A stretch of DNA of 64,000 bases from Paludibacter sp. (GTDB taxonomy: Bacteria > Bacteroidota > Bacteroidia > Bacteroidales > Paludibacteraceae), in NCBI GenBank assembly GCA_019163375.1, contig JAFLKK010000001.1, positions 294,638 to 358,637 on the forward strand, read 5' to 3'. The notes beneath the pieces are model-generated. The model saw only the letters and a list, made by a program, of their open reading frames with translations. It made no database searches and was not told where the DNA came from. How positions within the stretch are numbered: the stretch's first letter is position 1; every line of letters starts with the position of its first letter. A program made the position numbers and the translations under genes. This document shows positions 11,190-22,235 of this stretch, one piece after another.

Positions 11190-12320
11190 ATGAAAAGTAA
11201 ACTATTAGCTCTGAGTCTTGTTATCGTGTTTTCAATGAGTGTATTAGCTCAGGAAAATAATCCCATTGTAACTGCCGTTCCTTCTCTTTCCATTGCTCCC
11301 GATGCCCGTGGTGGTGGTATGGGTGATGTTGGTGTTGCTACTTCACCGGACATAAACTCGCAGTATTGGAATCCTGCAAAATACGTTTTTATGGAGAGTG
11401 ATGCCGGTGTTTCAATTTCGTACACTCCGTGGTTGCGTAAATTGGTAAGTGATATTGACTTGGCATATTTGGCCGGATATTGGAAATTGGATAAAAGACA
11501 GGCGGTAAGTATGTCGCTTCGTTATTTTTCGTTGGGTGATATTACCTTGATGGATGAGTTTGGTTACCCGCAGGGGTCTTCACATCCGAATGAAATAGCT
11601 GTTGATGCGGCTTATTCTTTAATGTTCACGGACAAACTATCAGGGTCTGTGGCTTTTCGTTACATTCGCTCCGATTTAGGGAATGGTATTGCACAGCAGG
11701 AAATCTATCCGGGTAGCGCAGTGGCTGCCGATGTAGCTGCGTATTACAGAACGCCTATTACACTTCAAAATACAGAGGGGACATTAGCATTTGGTGCGAA
11801 CATCTCTAATATTGGGTCGAAAATATCGTATGATAAAAAAGTAACGAGTAGCTTTTTACCGACTAATATGCGTTTGGGTGCTTCGTTCGACTATCCCATC
11901 GATGATTACAATAAAATATCTGTGAGCACCGATATTAATAAGCTACTTGTTCCAACACCGAAATTGAACCCTACTACTGAAGATTTACAAGCTTATAGCG
12001 ATATGTCGCCGCTTGCAGGTATTTTCAATTCTTTTGGTGATGCACCGGGTGGCTTTTCGGAAGAAATGCGTGAGATATCCTGGTCGTTAGGTGCTGAGTA
12101 CGCTTATAATAACCAACTGTTTGTTCGTGGTGGTTATTATAATGAAAGTCAATACAAGGGTAATCGTAAGTACTTTACAGCCGGTTTTGGTTTTAAATTA
12201 AACGTGTTCCAATTGGATGCAGCCTATGTAATTTCTACCTCTCAAACCAATCCGCTTGATCAAACTCTTCGATTTACATTAGGTTTTGATATTTTTGGAT
12301 TGAAAAATCTTGTAAGATAA
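11190..12320 (+). CDS. porV: T9SS outer-membrane channel/shuttle protein PorV (LptO)
   Basis: 376 aa with a signal peptide, PDARGGGMGDVGVATSPD near the N-terminus, and beta-barrel-like alternating sequence. Adjacent to porU. Confidence 0.85.
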   Translation: MKSKLLALSLVIVFSMSVLAQENNPIVTAVPSLSIAPDARGGGMGDVGVATSPDINSQYWNPAKYVFMESDAGVSISYTPWLRKLVSDIDLAYLAGYWKLDKRQAVSMSLRYFSLGDITLMDEFGYPQGSSHPNEIAVDAAYSLMFTDKLSGSVAFRYIRSDLGNGIAQQEIYPGSAVAADVAAYYRTPITLQNTEGTLAFGANISNIGSKISYDKKVTSSFLPTNMRLGASFDYPIDDYNKISVSTDINKLLVPTPKLNPTTEDLQAYSDMSPLAGIFNSFGDAPGGFSEEMREISWSLGAEYAYNNQLFVRGGYYNESQYKGNRKYFTAGFGFKLNVFQLDAAYVISTSQTNPLDQTLRFTLGFDIFGLKNLVR

Positions 12321-12355
12321 TATAGTTTACCCGATTAAAATAAATACTCATTTAC

Positions 12356-12400
12356 AAAAACGGTTGTTCACTACCTTTCGGTTGGTTCAACCGTTTTTGT
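12356..12400 (+). terminator. rho-independent terminator after porV
   Basis: AAAAACGGTTG...CAACCGTTTTT stem followed by a T-run. Confidence 0.6.
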
Positions 12401-12432
12401 ATTTATGACAAATTACGAATAAAAATTATAGA

Positions 12433-12918
12433 ATGATGAAAGCTATACGAATTGGTTTTGGATACGATGTACATGCTTTTGCCAACGAGCGGGAGTTATG
12501 GTTAGGCGGAATAAAAATAAAGCATACAGTGGGTCTGCTGGGTCACTCGGATGCCGATGTATTGATCCACGCATTGTGCGATGCTTTGTTGGGTGCTGCC
12601 AACCTGCGTGATATTGGTTACCATTTTCCGGATACCTCAAAAATCTTTAAAAATATAGATAGTAAAATACTATTGAGAGATACAATGAAGCTCATTCGCG
12701 ACAAAGGGTATGAGTTTGGCAATGCCGATTGCACGGTGTGCGCTGAAGAGCCAAAGCTTAATCCACATATACCACTTATGCAGGTTTGTCTATCTGAGGT
12801 AATGGCGGTTGACTTGGATTCGATTTCAATTAAGGCAACAACATCTGAGAGAATGGGCTTCGTTGGGCGAAAAGAAGGAATTGCTGCTTACGCTAGTGTG
12901 TTGATTTTTAAACAATAA
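12433..12918 (+). CDS. ispF: 2-C-methyl-D-erythritol 2,4-cyclodiphosphate synthase
   Basis: 161 aa. IGFGYDVHAF...GHSDADVLIHALCDALLGA zinc/substrate motifs. Confidence 0.95.
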   Translation: MMKAIRIGFGYDVHAFANERELWLGGIKIKHTVGLLGHSDADVLIHALCDALLGAANLRDIGYHFPDTSKIFKNIDSKILLRDTMKLIRDKGYEFGNADCTVCAEEPKLNPHIPLMQVCLSEVMAVDLDSISIKATTSERMGFVGRKEGIAAYASVLIFKQ

Positions 12919-13016
12919 GTGGCTGTTGTGTGTTTTACTTTTTTAGAATATGTTTTTTCTATATTCATATAAAAAAACTCTATCGCATTTTATGGTGAAA
13001 CTTATGTGCTTGTGTG

Positions 13017-13024
13017 TATTTTTG
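13017..13024 (+). promoter_or_regulatory. -7 promoter box TATTTTTG for the peroxiredoxin gene
   Basis: TAnnTTTG match 39 nt upstream of the ATG at 13063. Confidence 0.45.
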
Positions 13025-13062
13025 TATCAGAATAAAACAAACAATTTAAAATAAAACAAAAC

Positions 13063-13695
13063 ATGTCAGTATTAGTAGGAAAAAAAGCGCCAGTATTTAA
13101 CAGCAAGGCTGTGGTAAATGGCGGCGAAATTGTAGAGAATTTTTCTTTGGAACAATTTGTAGGTGAAAAATATGTAGTATTCTTTTTCTACCCTGCAGAT
13201 TTTACTTTTGTGTGTCCAACTGAATTGCTAGCTTTCCAGGACAAAGCTGCTGAGTTTGCTGCTCTTGATACGGTTGTGATTGGTGCTTCAACCGATTCTG
13301 AATTTTCGCACTGGAAATGGCTTCAAACTCCACAAAATCAAGGTGGAATTCAAGGAGTAACGTATCCTTTGGTTGTGGATCAGAATCTAACTATCTCAAA
13401 GAACTACGATGTTCTTATCGGTGCTGATGAGTATGATGAAGAAGGAAATGAGTCATTTGTAGGTGAACCTAAAGCATATCGTGGTTTGTTCCTTATTGAC
13501 AAACAAGGTGTTGTTCGTCATCAATTGGTAAATGATTTACCATTAGGACGTAATGTGGACGAAGTACTCAGACTTATTGATGCACTTCAGTTTACCGAAA
13601 AATATGGCGAAGTTTGTCCTGCAAACTGGAAAAAAGGTGACAAGTCACTTAAACCAACACAAGAAGGTATTTCAAGCTACTTGTCTGAAAAATAA
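13063..13695 (+). CDS. typical 2-Cys peroxiredoxin (AhpC/Prx1 type)
   Basis: 210 aa with the peroxidatic FTFVCPTE motif and a resolving Cys in GEVCPANW. Confidence 0.92.
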   Translation: MSVLVGKKAPVFNSKAVVNGGEIVENFSLEQFVGEKYVVFFFYPADFTFVCPTELLAFQDKAAEFAALDTVVIGASTDSEFSHWKWLQTPQNQGGIQGVTYPLVVDQNLTISKNYDVLIGADEYDEEGNESFVGEPKAYRGLFLIDKQGVVRHQLVNDLPLGRNVDEVLRLIDALQFTEKYGEVCPANWKKGDKSLKPTQEGISSYLSEK

Positions 13696-13718
13696 GAACT
13701 GACTCCTAAAATAGAAAA

Positions 13719-13756
13719 ATCGCCATAACGAAATAGTTGTGGCGATTTTTTTTTTT
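13719..13756 (+). terminator. rho-independent terminator
   Basis: ATCGCCATAAC/GTTGTGGCGAT stem (one G-U pair) followed by a 10-nt T-run. Confidence 0.8.
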
Positions 13757-13790
13757 GTGAATACTATGGAGATTATGGGTGTATTATTCA

Positions 13791-13822
13791 AAAAAAAAGA
13801 CCGAATCAACGGTCTTTTTTTT
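13791..13822. terminator. bidirectional terminator (serves the minus-strand phosphorylase gene)
   Basis: A8-GACCG-AATCAA-CGGTC-T8 symmetric hairpin, 20 nt beyond the stop at 13842. Confidence 0.75.
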
Positions 13823-13841
13823 GAAATTTGTTTGTGGATTT

Positions 13842-16406
13842 CTAGATCCAACGTACAAAACAGAAATCCTGACGGTGAGGTAAATCCTCATTTTTAGGGA
13901 ACATACGGAAACCATATTTGAATGTGCCCGCCATGTTCAATCGTTTTTCAAGATTGAAGTATAATTTCGTACCCTCAGTTTTTATTACCTTCAATTCTTC
14001 TACGTTGTACAAAATGTCAACATTGTTTTTGCCTAGTTTTGTGGCAACCAATTCAATGCCGATTCCTTTGTCCTCGATAGATTTAGTGTCGATAACAATG
14101 TTGATGTCATACGCTTCGCCAACCTGTGGGTTGTGAATCATTTTGTCTGGTACTTCTACCGATACGATTTCAATACTATCCCAACCTTTTGCAACTTTTT
14201 CTTTCCAGCTTGCAATTTCTTTGGCTTTCGCAAAGTCATTTGCCTTTAAAGCTGCTGAACGAGTAGATAGTTTCGTGTAGAATTTTGCAATATAGTCATC
14301 AATCATACGCTTCGTTGTAAAACGAGGAGTGATTTGAGCAATTGAGTTTTTGATTACCTGTATCCATTCCGGTGAATAGCCTTTGGTATTTTTAGCGTAA
14401 TACAATGGAATAATGTCGTTTTCAAGCATGCTGTAAATAGTGGCAGCATCCAATTGGTCTTGATGTAAATCATTTTCATACGTACGTTTTTCTGTCAAAG
14501 CCCAACCGGCGCCTTTTACGTAACCTTCTAACCACCAGCCATCAAGTACAGAGAAGTTTAATACACCATTCATTTGTGCTTTTTCTCCGGAGGTACCCGA
14601 AGCTTCCAATGGACGTGTTGGAGTGTTTAACCAAATATCTACACCTGAAATTAAACGTTTAGCCAAACGCATGTCATAGTTTTCAAGGAAAATTACTTTT
14701 CCAAGGAATTGAGGCATACGTGAGATTTCGATGATACGTTTAATCAGACCCTGACCACCACCATCGGCAGGGTGAGCCTTTCCGGTAAATAAGAACTGAA
14801 CAGGATGAATCGGATCGTTTACGATTTTTTCGAGACGTTCTAAGTCTGTGAATAATAAATGAGCGCGTTTGTAAGTCGCAAATCTACGTCCAAAACCAAT
14901 GATCAATGCATTCGGATTAATTGCTTCTAAAACAGAAACAATACGTGATGGATCACCTTGATTTTTCAACCAGTTTTCGCGGAATTGACCTTTGATATAA
15001 TCTACCAATTTGTTTTTCAAGCCCATGCGTGTATCCCAAATTTCCTGATCCGGAATTTTATATACACCTTCCCAAATTTTTAAATTTGATTGATCGGCAT
15101 AAAAAGCTTTTGTGAAGTATTTTTCGTATACTGCTTTCCAGTCGGACGAAGTCCATGTTGGTAAGTGTACCCCGTTAGTTACATAGCTAACGTGTAGTTC
15201 TTCAGGGAAATATCCTTTCCATATTGGTTGGAACATCTCTTGTGATACTTTTCCGTGTAACCAGCTTACGCCGTTTACTTCCTGACAAGTATTACATGCA
15301 AAAGTACTCATGCTGAATTTTTCAGAATGATCGCCCGGATGTTCACGTCCCATATCAATAAATTCATCCCATGATAGTTGCAATTTGCCTGCAAACTCGC
15401 TCATGTATTTACTGAACAAGCCTTCTTCAAAGCTATCGTGACCTGCAGGAACCGGTGTGTGAACAGTATACAATGAACTTGCTCGTACAACTTCCAACGC
15501 TTGGTTGAACGATAGTTTTTTGTCGGCAATCAAGTCGGCCAATCGTTGTGCATTGATAAGAGCGGCATGTCCTTCGTTACAGTGATAAACCTGTTTTTCG
15601 ATACCTAATTTCTTCAACGCTAAAATACCACCCACACCGAGTAAAAACTCTTGTTTCATGCGGTTTTCCCAGTCGCCACCATAAAGTTGGTGAGTAATTG
15701 GTCGGTCATATTCGCTGTTCATATCATTGTCAGTATCTAACAGATAAAGCGAAATACGTCCCACAGCCACTTTCCACAAATATGCATACACAATGCGACC
15801 CGGATAAGGAACTTCAACTAAGATTGGTTCGTCATTGGCATCTTTTACTTGTTGAATTGGTAGATTGTTGAAATTTTGCGCTTCGTAAACTGCTACTTGC
15901 TGTCCGTCAACAGATAAAGACTGAGTGAAATAGCCGTAGCGATATAAAAATCCAACAGCTGTTAAGTCTACGTTGCAATCGCTGGCTTCTTTTAAATAGT
16001 CACCGGCCAAAACGCCTAAACCACCCGAATAGATCTTCAGCACTTCAGTCAGACCGTACTCCATGCTGAAATAGGCTACCGAAGGCTTTTCGATATTTTT
16101 CGGAGCATTTAAATACGCTTGAAAGTCTTCGTACACTGCATCCACTTTCTTGATAAATTCAACATCATTGCCCATGGCAACAAGTTTCTCGTAACTTAAA
16201 ATGTTGAGCAATAGAACAGGGTTCGATTGAGCTTCAATCCATGCAGCCTTGTCAATTTGTCTGAACAAATTTTTAGCATTTGTGTCCCATACCCACCAGA
16301 TATTTTGGGCAATTTCTTCTAATTTACTCAAGTTAGCCGGTAAAAAGGTTTTTACGCTAATCTCTTTTAAGTTTGACTCGTTTACGTTATTGACTTTAAT
16401 TTTCAT
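13842..16406 (-). CDS. glgP: alpha-glucan phosphorylase (GT35, with N-terminal DUF3417-type region)
   Basis: GT35-like length and motifs ([14 protein letters not shown] pyridoxal-phosphate region). The track ORF extends to 16517, but its first 37 codons are hydrophobic junk; ATG 16406-16404 (MKIKVNNV) is preferred. Confidence 0.9.
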   Translation of the reverse strand: MKIKVNNVNESNLKEISVKTFLPANLSKLEEIAQNIWWVWDTNAKNLFRQIDKAAWIEAQSNPVLLLNILSYEKLVAMGNDVEFIKKVDAVYEDFQAYLNAPKNIEKPSVAYFSMEYGLTEVLKIYSGGLGVLAGDYLKEASDCNVDLTAVGFLYRYGYFTQSLSVDGQQVAVYEAQNFNNLPIQQVKDANDEPILVEVPYPGRIVYAYLWKVAVGRISLYLLDTDNDMNSEYDRPITHQLYGGDWENRMKQEFLLGVGGILALKKLGIEKQVYHCNEGHAALINAQRLADLIADKKLSFNQALEVVRASSLYTVHTPVPAGHDSFEEGLFSKYMSEFAGKLQLSWDEFIDMGREHPGDHSEKFSMSTFACNTCQEVNGVSWLHGKVSQEMFQPIWKGYFPEELHVSYVTNGVHLPTWTSSDWKAVYEKYFTKAFYADQSNLKIWEGVYKIPDQEIWDTRMGLKNKLVDYIKGQFRENWLKNQGDPSRIVSVLEAINPNALIIGFGRRFATYKRAHLLFTDLERLEKIVNDPIHPVQFLFTGKAHPADGGGQGLIKRIIEISRMPQFLGKVIFLENYDMRLAKRLISGVDIWLNTPTRPLEASGTSGEKAQMNGVLNFSVLDGWWLEGYVKGAGWALTEKRTYENDLHQDQLDAATIYSMLENDIIPLYYAKNTKGYSPEWIQVIKNSIAQITPRFTTKRMIDDYIAKFYTKLSTRSAALKANDFAKAKEIASWKEKVAKGWDSIEIVSVEVPDKMIHNPQVGEAYDINIVIDTKSIEDKGIGIELVATKLGKNNVDILYNVEELKVIKTEGTKLYFNLEKRLNMAGTFKYGFRMFPKNEDLPHRQDFCFVRWI

Positions 16407-16578
16407 GCTTTTTTCTTTTATAAAACCTACTATAACTAATAGAAAATGAATTATTTGAATTTTTAAAAACCGAATTATTGTACAAAAATAGGGAAAAACG
16501 AATAGATAATGTGGCATTTCGTTCGAAAACCCATTATATCGATTTCAAACGTTTGCACTTAATCCTCATATACTGGAA

Positions 16579-18237
16579 CTAACTGATTCTTTTGTTCTTA
16601 TTTGTTAGTGCTATATTATAAGCAGTATCGTAGTATTGAATAAAGTGCTTCCAAAGTGCTTTTTCAGCAATAATGGATGCTTTTTTGCGGATTTTTGTTA
16701 CTTCCGTATCTTTGCAGGCGGCAAATTGAGCAATCATTTCTGCAATTTTAGTGGCTACAACATAACCATTGTAATCCGACCGATGGATTACACCCACACC
16801 ATTCTCAATTCCCTGAGTTTCGTGAGATACCCATTGTCCGAAACCTGATAGGTCTGTAGTAATGGTTGGTACAGCAAAAGCAACGCTTTCGAGAGGTGTG
16901 TAACCCCATGGCTCGTAGTAAGATGGGAATACTGTCAAATCCATTCCAATCACTAAATCGTAGTACGATTTGTTGAAAATACCATCTGCACCGTTCAAAT
17001 AGGAAGGTACAAAAATGATTTTTACTTTTTGTGTTTGCTGGTTTGTGAAGTGAAACCAGTGAATGGACGACATGACAGAGTCATTATAATAGTCGTGTAA
17101 ATCGTGAGTTGTGAATCTATTCGAAGAGTTGAATCTCATTTCGGGATTTTGCAAACTTGTTGCCAAATCCAGTCTGGCTCCTTTGATGTGAGCCGGTACC
17201 ATAATGAAGACTACTACTTCTTTTTTTAAATCAGGATTTTCGGACAATAATTTCAAAGATTCAATGAAAGTATCTATCCCTTTGTTTTTAAATTCGTATC
17301 TACCGGCAGTACTTACAAACAAGGCATCCTCTGTTAATTCGTAGCCAAGTAGTGTTTCTGCTACATTTCGCAAGGTAGCACGTGCAGCCTTTCTCGCCGG
17401 TGCAAATTTGCGTCCCTGAGGTACAAAGTCATCTTCAAAACCGTTTGGAGTAATGATATCGGGCTTTTTCTCCAGCAATTGCTCACATTCAATCCCAGTA
17501 ATCTCGCTTACTGTGGTGAAGCAATCAACGATATGAGCCGCAATTTTTTCGGTGGAATGTTTCGAAACCATATTTAGCTCGTAAGCCATTTGGTCGCCAT
17601 TGTATTCGTTTATATAATCGTACAGAGGTTTGTGATTTCCGGCAATGGATCGACCGATGGAAGTGGCGTGCGTGGTAAATAAGGTAGCTACTTCGGGCAA
17701 ATGTTTCTGAATGTAAAAAGCTCCGAAGGTGGTCATCCACTCGTTGAAGTGTGCAACCACTTGTTGTTTCTTTTTTAATTTGAAAAAGCGGTAGAAACTC
17801 TCGATAATCATACCTGTTGAGTAACCAAACATCGATGATTCATCGTAGTCGCCATAAGCAGGCATTGAATTTACACCTGCTTGCTCCCAAATTTCGCCAT
17901 AGATTTGATCCTTTTTCTCCATTAGTGGCAAAAAATCTACAAGAATAGCTATAGGGCGACCGGGAATTGCCCATCGTCCGACACGAATTTTCAGTTGGTA
18001 CTCTTTCTCGGTAAATGTCTTCCAGTCTGCATACAGTTGAGTCGATTCTTCGAAATACGGATTAAGTTTATCACCCCAAACATCCGGGCCGATAAAAATA
18101 AGCTTATCGGGGTTGGTTTCCTGCAATGTGGCAGCGCGCGTTGATAGCACTGTATAGATTCCGCCCACCATATTACACACTTCCCAACTCGTTTCAAATA
18201 TATATTCGGGTTTCAACATTTCTGCCATGAATTTCAA
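16579..18237 (-). CDS. glycogen synthase, GT3 (eukaryote-like) family
   Basis: 552 aa with N-terminal FETSWEVCNMVGGIYTVLSTRA, characteristic of GT3 glycogen synthases found in Bacteroidota. Adjacent to the phosphorylase gene. Confidence 0.88.
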   Translation of the reverse strand: MKFMAEMLKPEYIFETSWEVCNMVGGIYTVLSTRAATLQETNPDKLIFIGPDVWGDKLNPYFEESTQLYADWKTFTEKEYQLKIRVGRWAIPGRPIAILVDFLPLMEKKDQIYGEIWEQAGVNSMPAYGDYDESSMFGYSTGMIIESFYRFFKLKKKQQVVAHFNEWMTTFGAFYIQKHLPEVATLFTTHATSIGRSIAGNHKPLYDYINEYNGDQMAYELNMVSKHSTEKIAAHIVDCFTTVSEITGIECEQLLEKKPDIITPNGFEDDFVPQGRKFAPARKAARATLRNVAETLLGYELTEDALFVSTAGRYEFKNKGIDTFIESLKLLSENPDLKKEVVVFIMVPAHIKGARLDLATSLQNPEMRFNSSNRFTTHDLHDYYNDSVMSSIHWFHFTNQQTQKVKIIFVPSYLNGADGIFNKSYYDLVIGMDLTVFPSYYEPWGYTPLESVAFAVPTITTDLSGFGQWVSHETQGIENGVGVIHRSDYNGYVVATKIAEMIAQFAACKDTEVTKIRKKASIIAEKALWKHFIQYYDTAYNIALTNKNKRIS

Positions 18238-18333
18238 ATTTAGAATGATTGCAAAGATACTATATTTTCGGGTTCCGTGGTGTTAAATCGACACAAGTTA
18301 TCAACAAAATAATTTTATTAACCGAAAAACACC

Positions 18334-18363
18334 CTATTTTTATGTTGTACAACATAAAAATAG
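18334..18363. promoter_or_regulatory. perfect 30-bp palindrome in a divergent intergenic region
   Basis: CTATTTTTATGTTGT|ACAACATAAAAATAG, checked base by base. Lies about 100 nt upstream of the glycogen synthase start. Confidence 0.5.
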
Positions 18364-18670
18364 ATTTTATGTCGATGTTTTGTTTGAAAAATGATTTATA
18401 TAGGTTTCTATTTTCAAGTTTTTTTTCTATTGCAAGAATTGAACCAATGTTTTATCCATATTCGGGAATCTGTTCTGTTATTTGCTAAGTTGACCTGGAT
18501 TTGCAGAAATGATTTTTAATTTGTCGAGTAGGTTTGAGTCTGATTTTTGTGTAAAATATATTATTGCAGATTTAATTGTCGAGTGTTATATTTTGTTCAA
18601 TATAATTCGTATATTTAGTGCACAGTATGTTGTTAATAGTTGAATGTTCATTATTAAATAGTTATACATT

Positions 18671-19996
18671 ATGGGAACGAAGAAAAATTTTGTTTTAGAC
18701 ACCAATGTTATACTGCACGATTATAAATGTCTTCATAATTTTGAGGAAAATGACATTTATATCCCCATTGTGGTATTAGAAGAGCTTGATCATTTTAAAA
18801 AAGGGAACGAGCAAATTAACTTTAATGCCCGTGAGTTTGCCCGCGAGTTGGATTTAATTGCGGATGATACTTTGTTCAAGAAAGGTGCCGATCTGGGTGC
18901 GGGGAAAGGTAAATTGTTTATTCTGACCGGTGGTGAGTACCCGGATATAATTTCGAAGTCGTTTTTGGAGAAAACATCCGATCATCGTATTTTGGCAGCA
19001 ACCTATACTTTGCGGGAGTCAAAATCCAAGCAAAAGTGTATTTTGGTGAGTAAGGATATTAATTTACGCATGAAGGCACTCTCGCTGGGGCTGGATTCTG
19101 AAGATTATATCAATGATAAGGTGACTGATTTTAATGTTTTTGAACGAAATCATGAAATATATGAAAATATAGCACCGGAGCTCATTGACAGATTGTATTC
19201 TAATGGTGGAACTATTCCGCTGGAGGATTTGGAGTTTGCCTCAGACATTGAACCGCAGGATTGTTTTGTACTAAAGAGTGTGCGTTCGAGTGTGTTGGCT
19301 CGGTATAATCCACATACAGGTATGGTGAAACGGGTGGAAAAAGAGCGCTGTTTTGGTATCGAACCCCGTAATGCCGAGCAAACTTTTGCTATGAATGTGC
19401 TATTGGATGACGATGTAAAATTAGTTGCGTTGACAGGTAAGTCGGGTACAGGTAAAACTCTGTTAGCATTGGCAGCTGCGCTCCATAAAAATGAGACGTA
19501 TAAACAGATTTTGCTCGCACGCCCCATAGTGGCTTTGGGAAATAAGGATCTTGGCTTTTTGCCGGGCGACGAAAAACAAAAAGTAGCACCGTATATGCAG
19601 CCTTTGTTTGATAATCTAAATGTGATAAAGCATAATTTTTCGTATCAGGGGAAGGAGATTAAGCTCATTGAGGATATGCAACATAATGAACAGTTGGTAA
19701 TTGAAGCATTGGCTTACATTAGGGGGCGTAGTTTGAGCGATACATTCTTTATTATTGATGAGGCGCAGAATCTTACGCCTCATGAAATAAAGACAATTAT
19801 TACGCGTGCCGGTGAGGGAACGAAGATCGTATTTACCGGTGATATTCAGCAAATTGATTCGCCTTATCTTGATATGTTGTCAAATGGTTTGGTATACATG
19901 ATTGACCGGATGCGCGGGCAGAGCATTTTTGCCCATATAAATCTGGTAAAAGGAGAGCGTAGTTATTTGTCGGAACTGGCGAGTGATTTGCTTTAG
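18671..19996 (+). CDS. PhoH-like ATPase with N-terminal PIN domain (PhoH2/YlaK type)
   Basis: 441 aa with a PIN-like VLDTNVILHD...VLEELD, Walker A GKSGTGKT, and a PhoH C-terminal region. Confidence 0.9.
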   Translation: MGTKKNFVLDTNVILHDYKCLHNFEENDIYIPIVVLEELDHFKKGNEQINFNAREFARELDLIADDTLFKKGADLGAGKGKLFILTGGEYPDIISKSFLEKTSDHRILAATYTLRESKSKQKCILVSKDINLRMKALSLGLDSEDYINDKVTDFNVFERNHEIYENIAPELIDRLYSNGGTIPLEDLEFASDIEPQDCFVLKSVRSSVLARYNPHTGMVKRVEKERCFGIEPRNAEQTFAMNVLLDDDVKLVALTGKSGTGKTLLALAAALHKNETYKQILLARPIVALGNKDLGFLPGDEKQKVAPYMQPLFDNLNVIKHNFSYQGKEIKLIEDMQHNEQLVIEALAYIRGRSLSDTFFIIDEAQNLTPHEIKTIITRAGEGTKIVFTGDIQQIDSPYLDMLSNGLVYMIDRMRGQSIFAHINLVKGERSYLSELASDLL

Positions 19997-20019
19997 TTGA
20001 GAGGCAAGAGCTAAGAAAG

Positions 20020-20055
20020 AAAAATCCCTTGCAACGGTTGTTGCAAGGGATTTTT
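20020..20055. terminator. bidirectional terminator between the phoH-like gene and gap
   Basis: AAAAATCCCTTGCAAC-GGTT-GTTGCAAGGGATTTTT, a perfect 11-bp GC-containing stem with A/T runs on both sides. Confidence 0.85.
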
Positions 20056-20075
20056 AAATTTTATAATAGGTCAGC

Positions 20076-21089
<1,014 letters not shown>

Positions 21090-21316
21090 TTAAAATTGAG
21101 TTTTTTCTGTTTTCGCCACAAAAGTACAAAATTCTGTCTGATTGACAAAATTAAGCTGTAATTAAATACATTTATTTTTCAATTGCTAGGTAGAGATTGC
21201 AAATCGTTATTTGCGATCTGTGGTGTTTAATTTTGGAATGTGTTCTTTTAACCGGATATATGGCTAAAAATCAGAATTGTATAAGAGTTGTAGAATCATT
21301 GAATATAATAAAATTA

Positions 21317-21367
21317 AAACAACAATTCATTTCTTTTTTTTTTGATATGAATTGTTGTTTTTTTTTT
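21317..21367. terminator. bidirectional terminator downstream of the DUF2892 gene
   Basis: 13-bp perfect stem AACAACAATTCAT/ATGAATTGTTGTT flanked by A- and T-runs. Confidence 0.6.
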
Positions 21368-21383
21368 AGAAGAAGAGTGAATG

Positions 21384-21587
21384 CTAATCCTTCTTGCAGG
21401 TTCTGATGTCTAGCAATGTGTAAAGTGGACAAAAGCTGACCAGACTTGTAACCGTCAGTATAAGTGCCACTACTAATGCAATGATTCCAACGGTGCCGGT
21501 TATAACTCCCGAATAAAAAAGGACAATTAATACGATAGCTGCTGCAAGACGGATTAATTTGTCCAAAGATCCCATGTTTTTCTTCAT
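21384..21587 (-). CDS. DUF2892 (YgaP-like) small membrane protein
   Basis: 67 aa. GSLDKLIRL..., two TM helices, and a C-terminal FCPLY motif typical of DUF2892. Confidence 0.75.
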   Translation of the reverse strand: MKKNMGSLDKLIRLAAAIVLIVLFYSGVITGTVGIIALVVALILTVTSLVSFCPLYTLLDIRTCKKD

Positions 21588-21788
21588 ACGAATAAATTTA
21601 AAGTGTTTCTCAGTTTGTTTTCTTTAAACAAAATTTTAAATGTTTATGTTCAGTTTATTTTTTTTTTTGAGTTGTAGAATTGTGGCTACATGCGGTCTGT
21701 CAATTGTAGTTGTAGTGAATTGGATTGTTTTCCTGCACGAAGAGATTAAATTAAGTGTTTTATTCTTTGAACTTAATTTATTCTTCAT

Positions 21789-21796
21789 TATCTTTG
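21789..21796 (+). promoter_or_regulatory. -7 promoter box TATCTTTG
   Basis: TAnnTTTG match 33 nt upstream of the ATG at 21829. Confidence 0.45.
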
Positions 21797-21828
21797 TGGT
21801 TCTAAAATAAAATAAAAGAACAAGCAGA

Positions 21829-22185
21829 ATGGAAATCTCAGGAAAAATTATTGCCGTGTTGCCGATTGCAACAGGTCAAGGAAAAAATGGAACATGGCGC
21901 TCACAAGATTATGTACTGGAAACAGCCGATCAATATCCTAAAAAGGTGTGTTTTAATCTTTTTGGTGATAAAATCGATCAGTTTCCTATCGCTATAGATG
22001 AAACTGTAAATGTAAGTTTTGATGTTGAAAGTCGTGAGTACAATGGTCGTTGGTACACAACTATCCGTGCCTGGAAAATTGATAAAAACGGTTCAGGAAA
22101 TGCACCTGTTGCTGTAAATTCAGCAGCTACTGCACCTTTCGAAGTGGCTCCGGCAGCATCTGAAGGTAGCGATTTGCCTTTCTAA
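21829..22185 (+). CDS. DUF3127 domain protein
   Basis: 118 aa. MEISGKIIAVLP...GKNGTWRSQDYVLET...KKVCFNLFGDKIDQF matches my recollection of DUF3127. Confidence 0.7.
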   Translation: MEISGKIIAVLPIATGQGKNGTWRSQDYVLETADQYPKKVCFNLFGDKIDQFPIAIDETVNVSFDVESREYNGRWYTTIRAWKIDKNGSGNAPVAVNSAATAPFEVAPAASEGSDLPF

Positions 22186-22206
22186 AAAGACAAAAGACAA
22201 AAGACG
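22186..22206. repeat. heptanucleotide tract (AAAGACA)2-AAAGACG
   Basis: Starts right after the stop at 22185. Same unit as at 30594 and 34294. Confidence 0.7.
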
Positions 22207-22235
22207 ACTGTTGTCCGTTCTCTGTCGACATATTT

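Noticed and set aside
16407-16517. 37-codon N-terminal extension of the glucan phosphorylase ORF
   Set aside because: It is a hydrophobic, AT-rich upstream read-through ([21 protein letters not shown]...). The conserved protein begins at MKIKVNNV.
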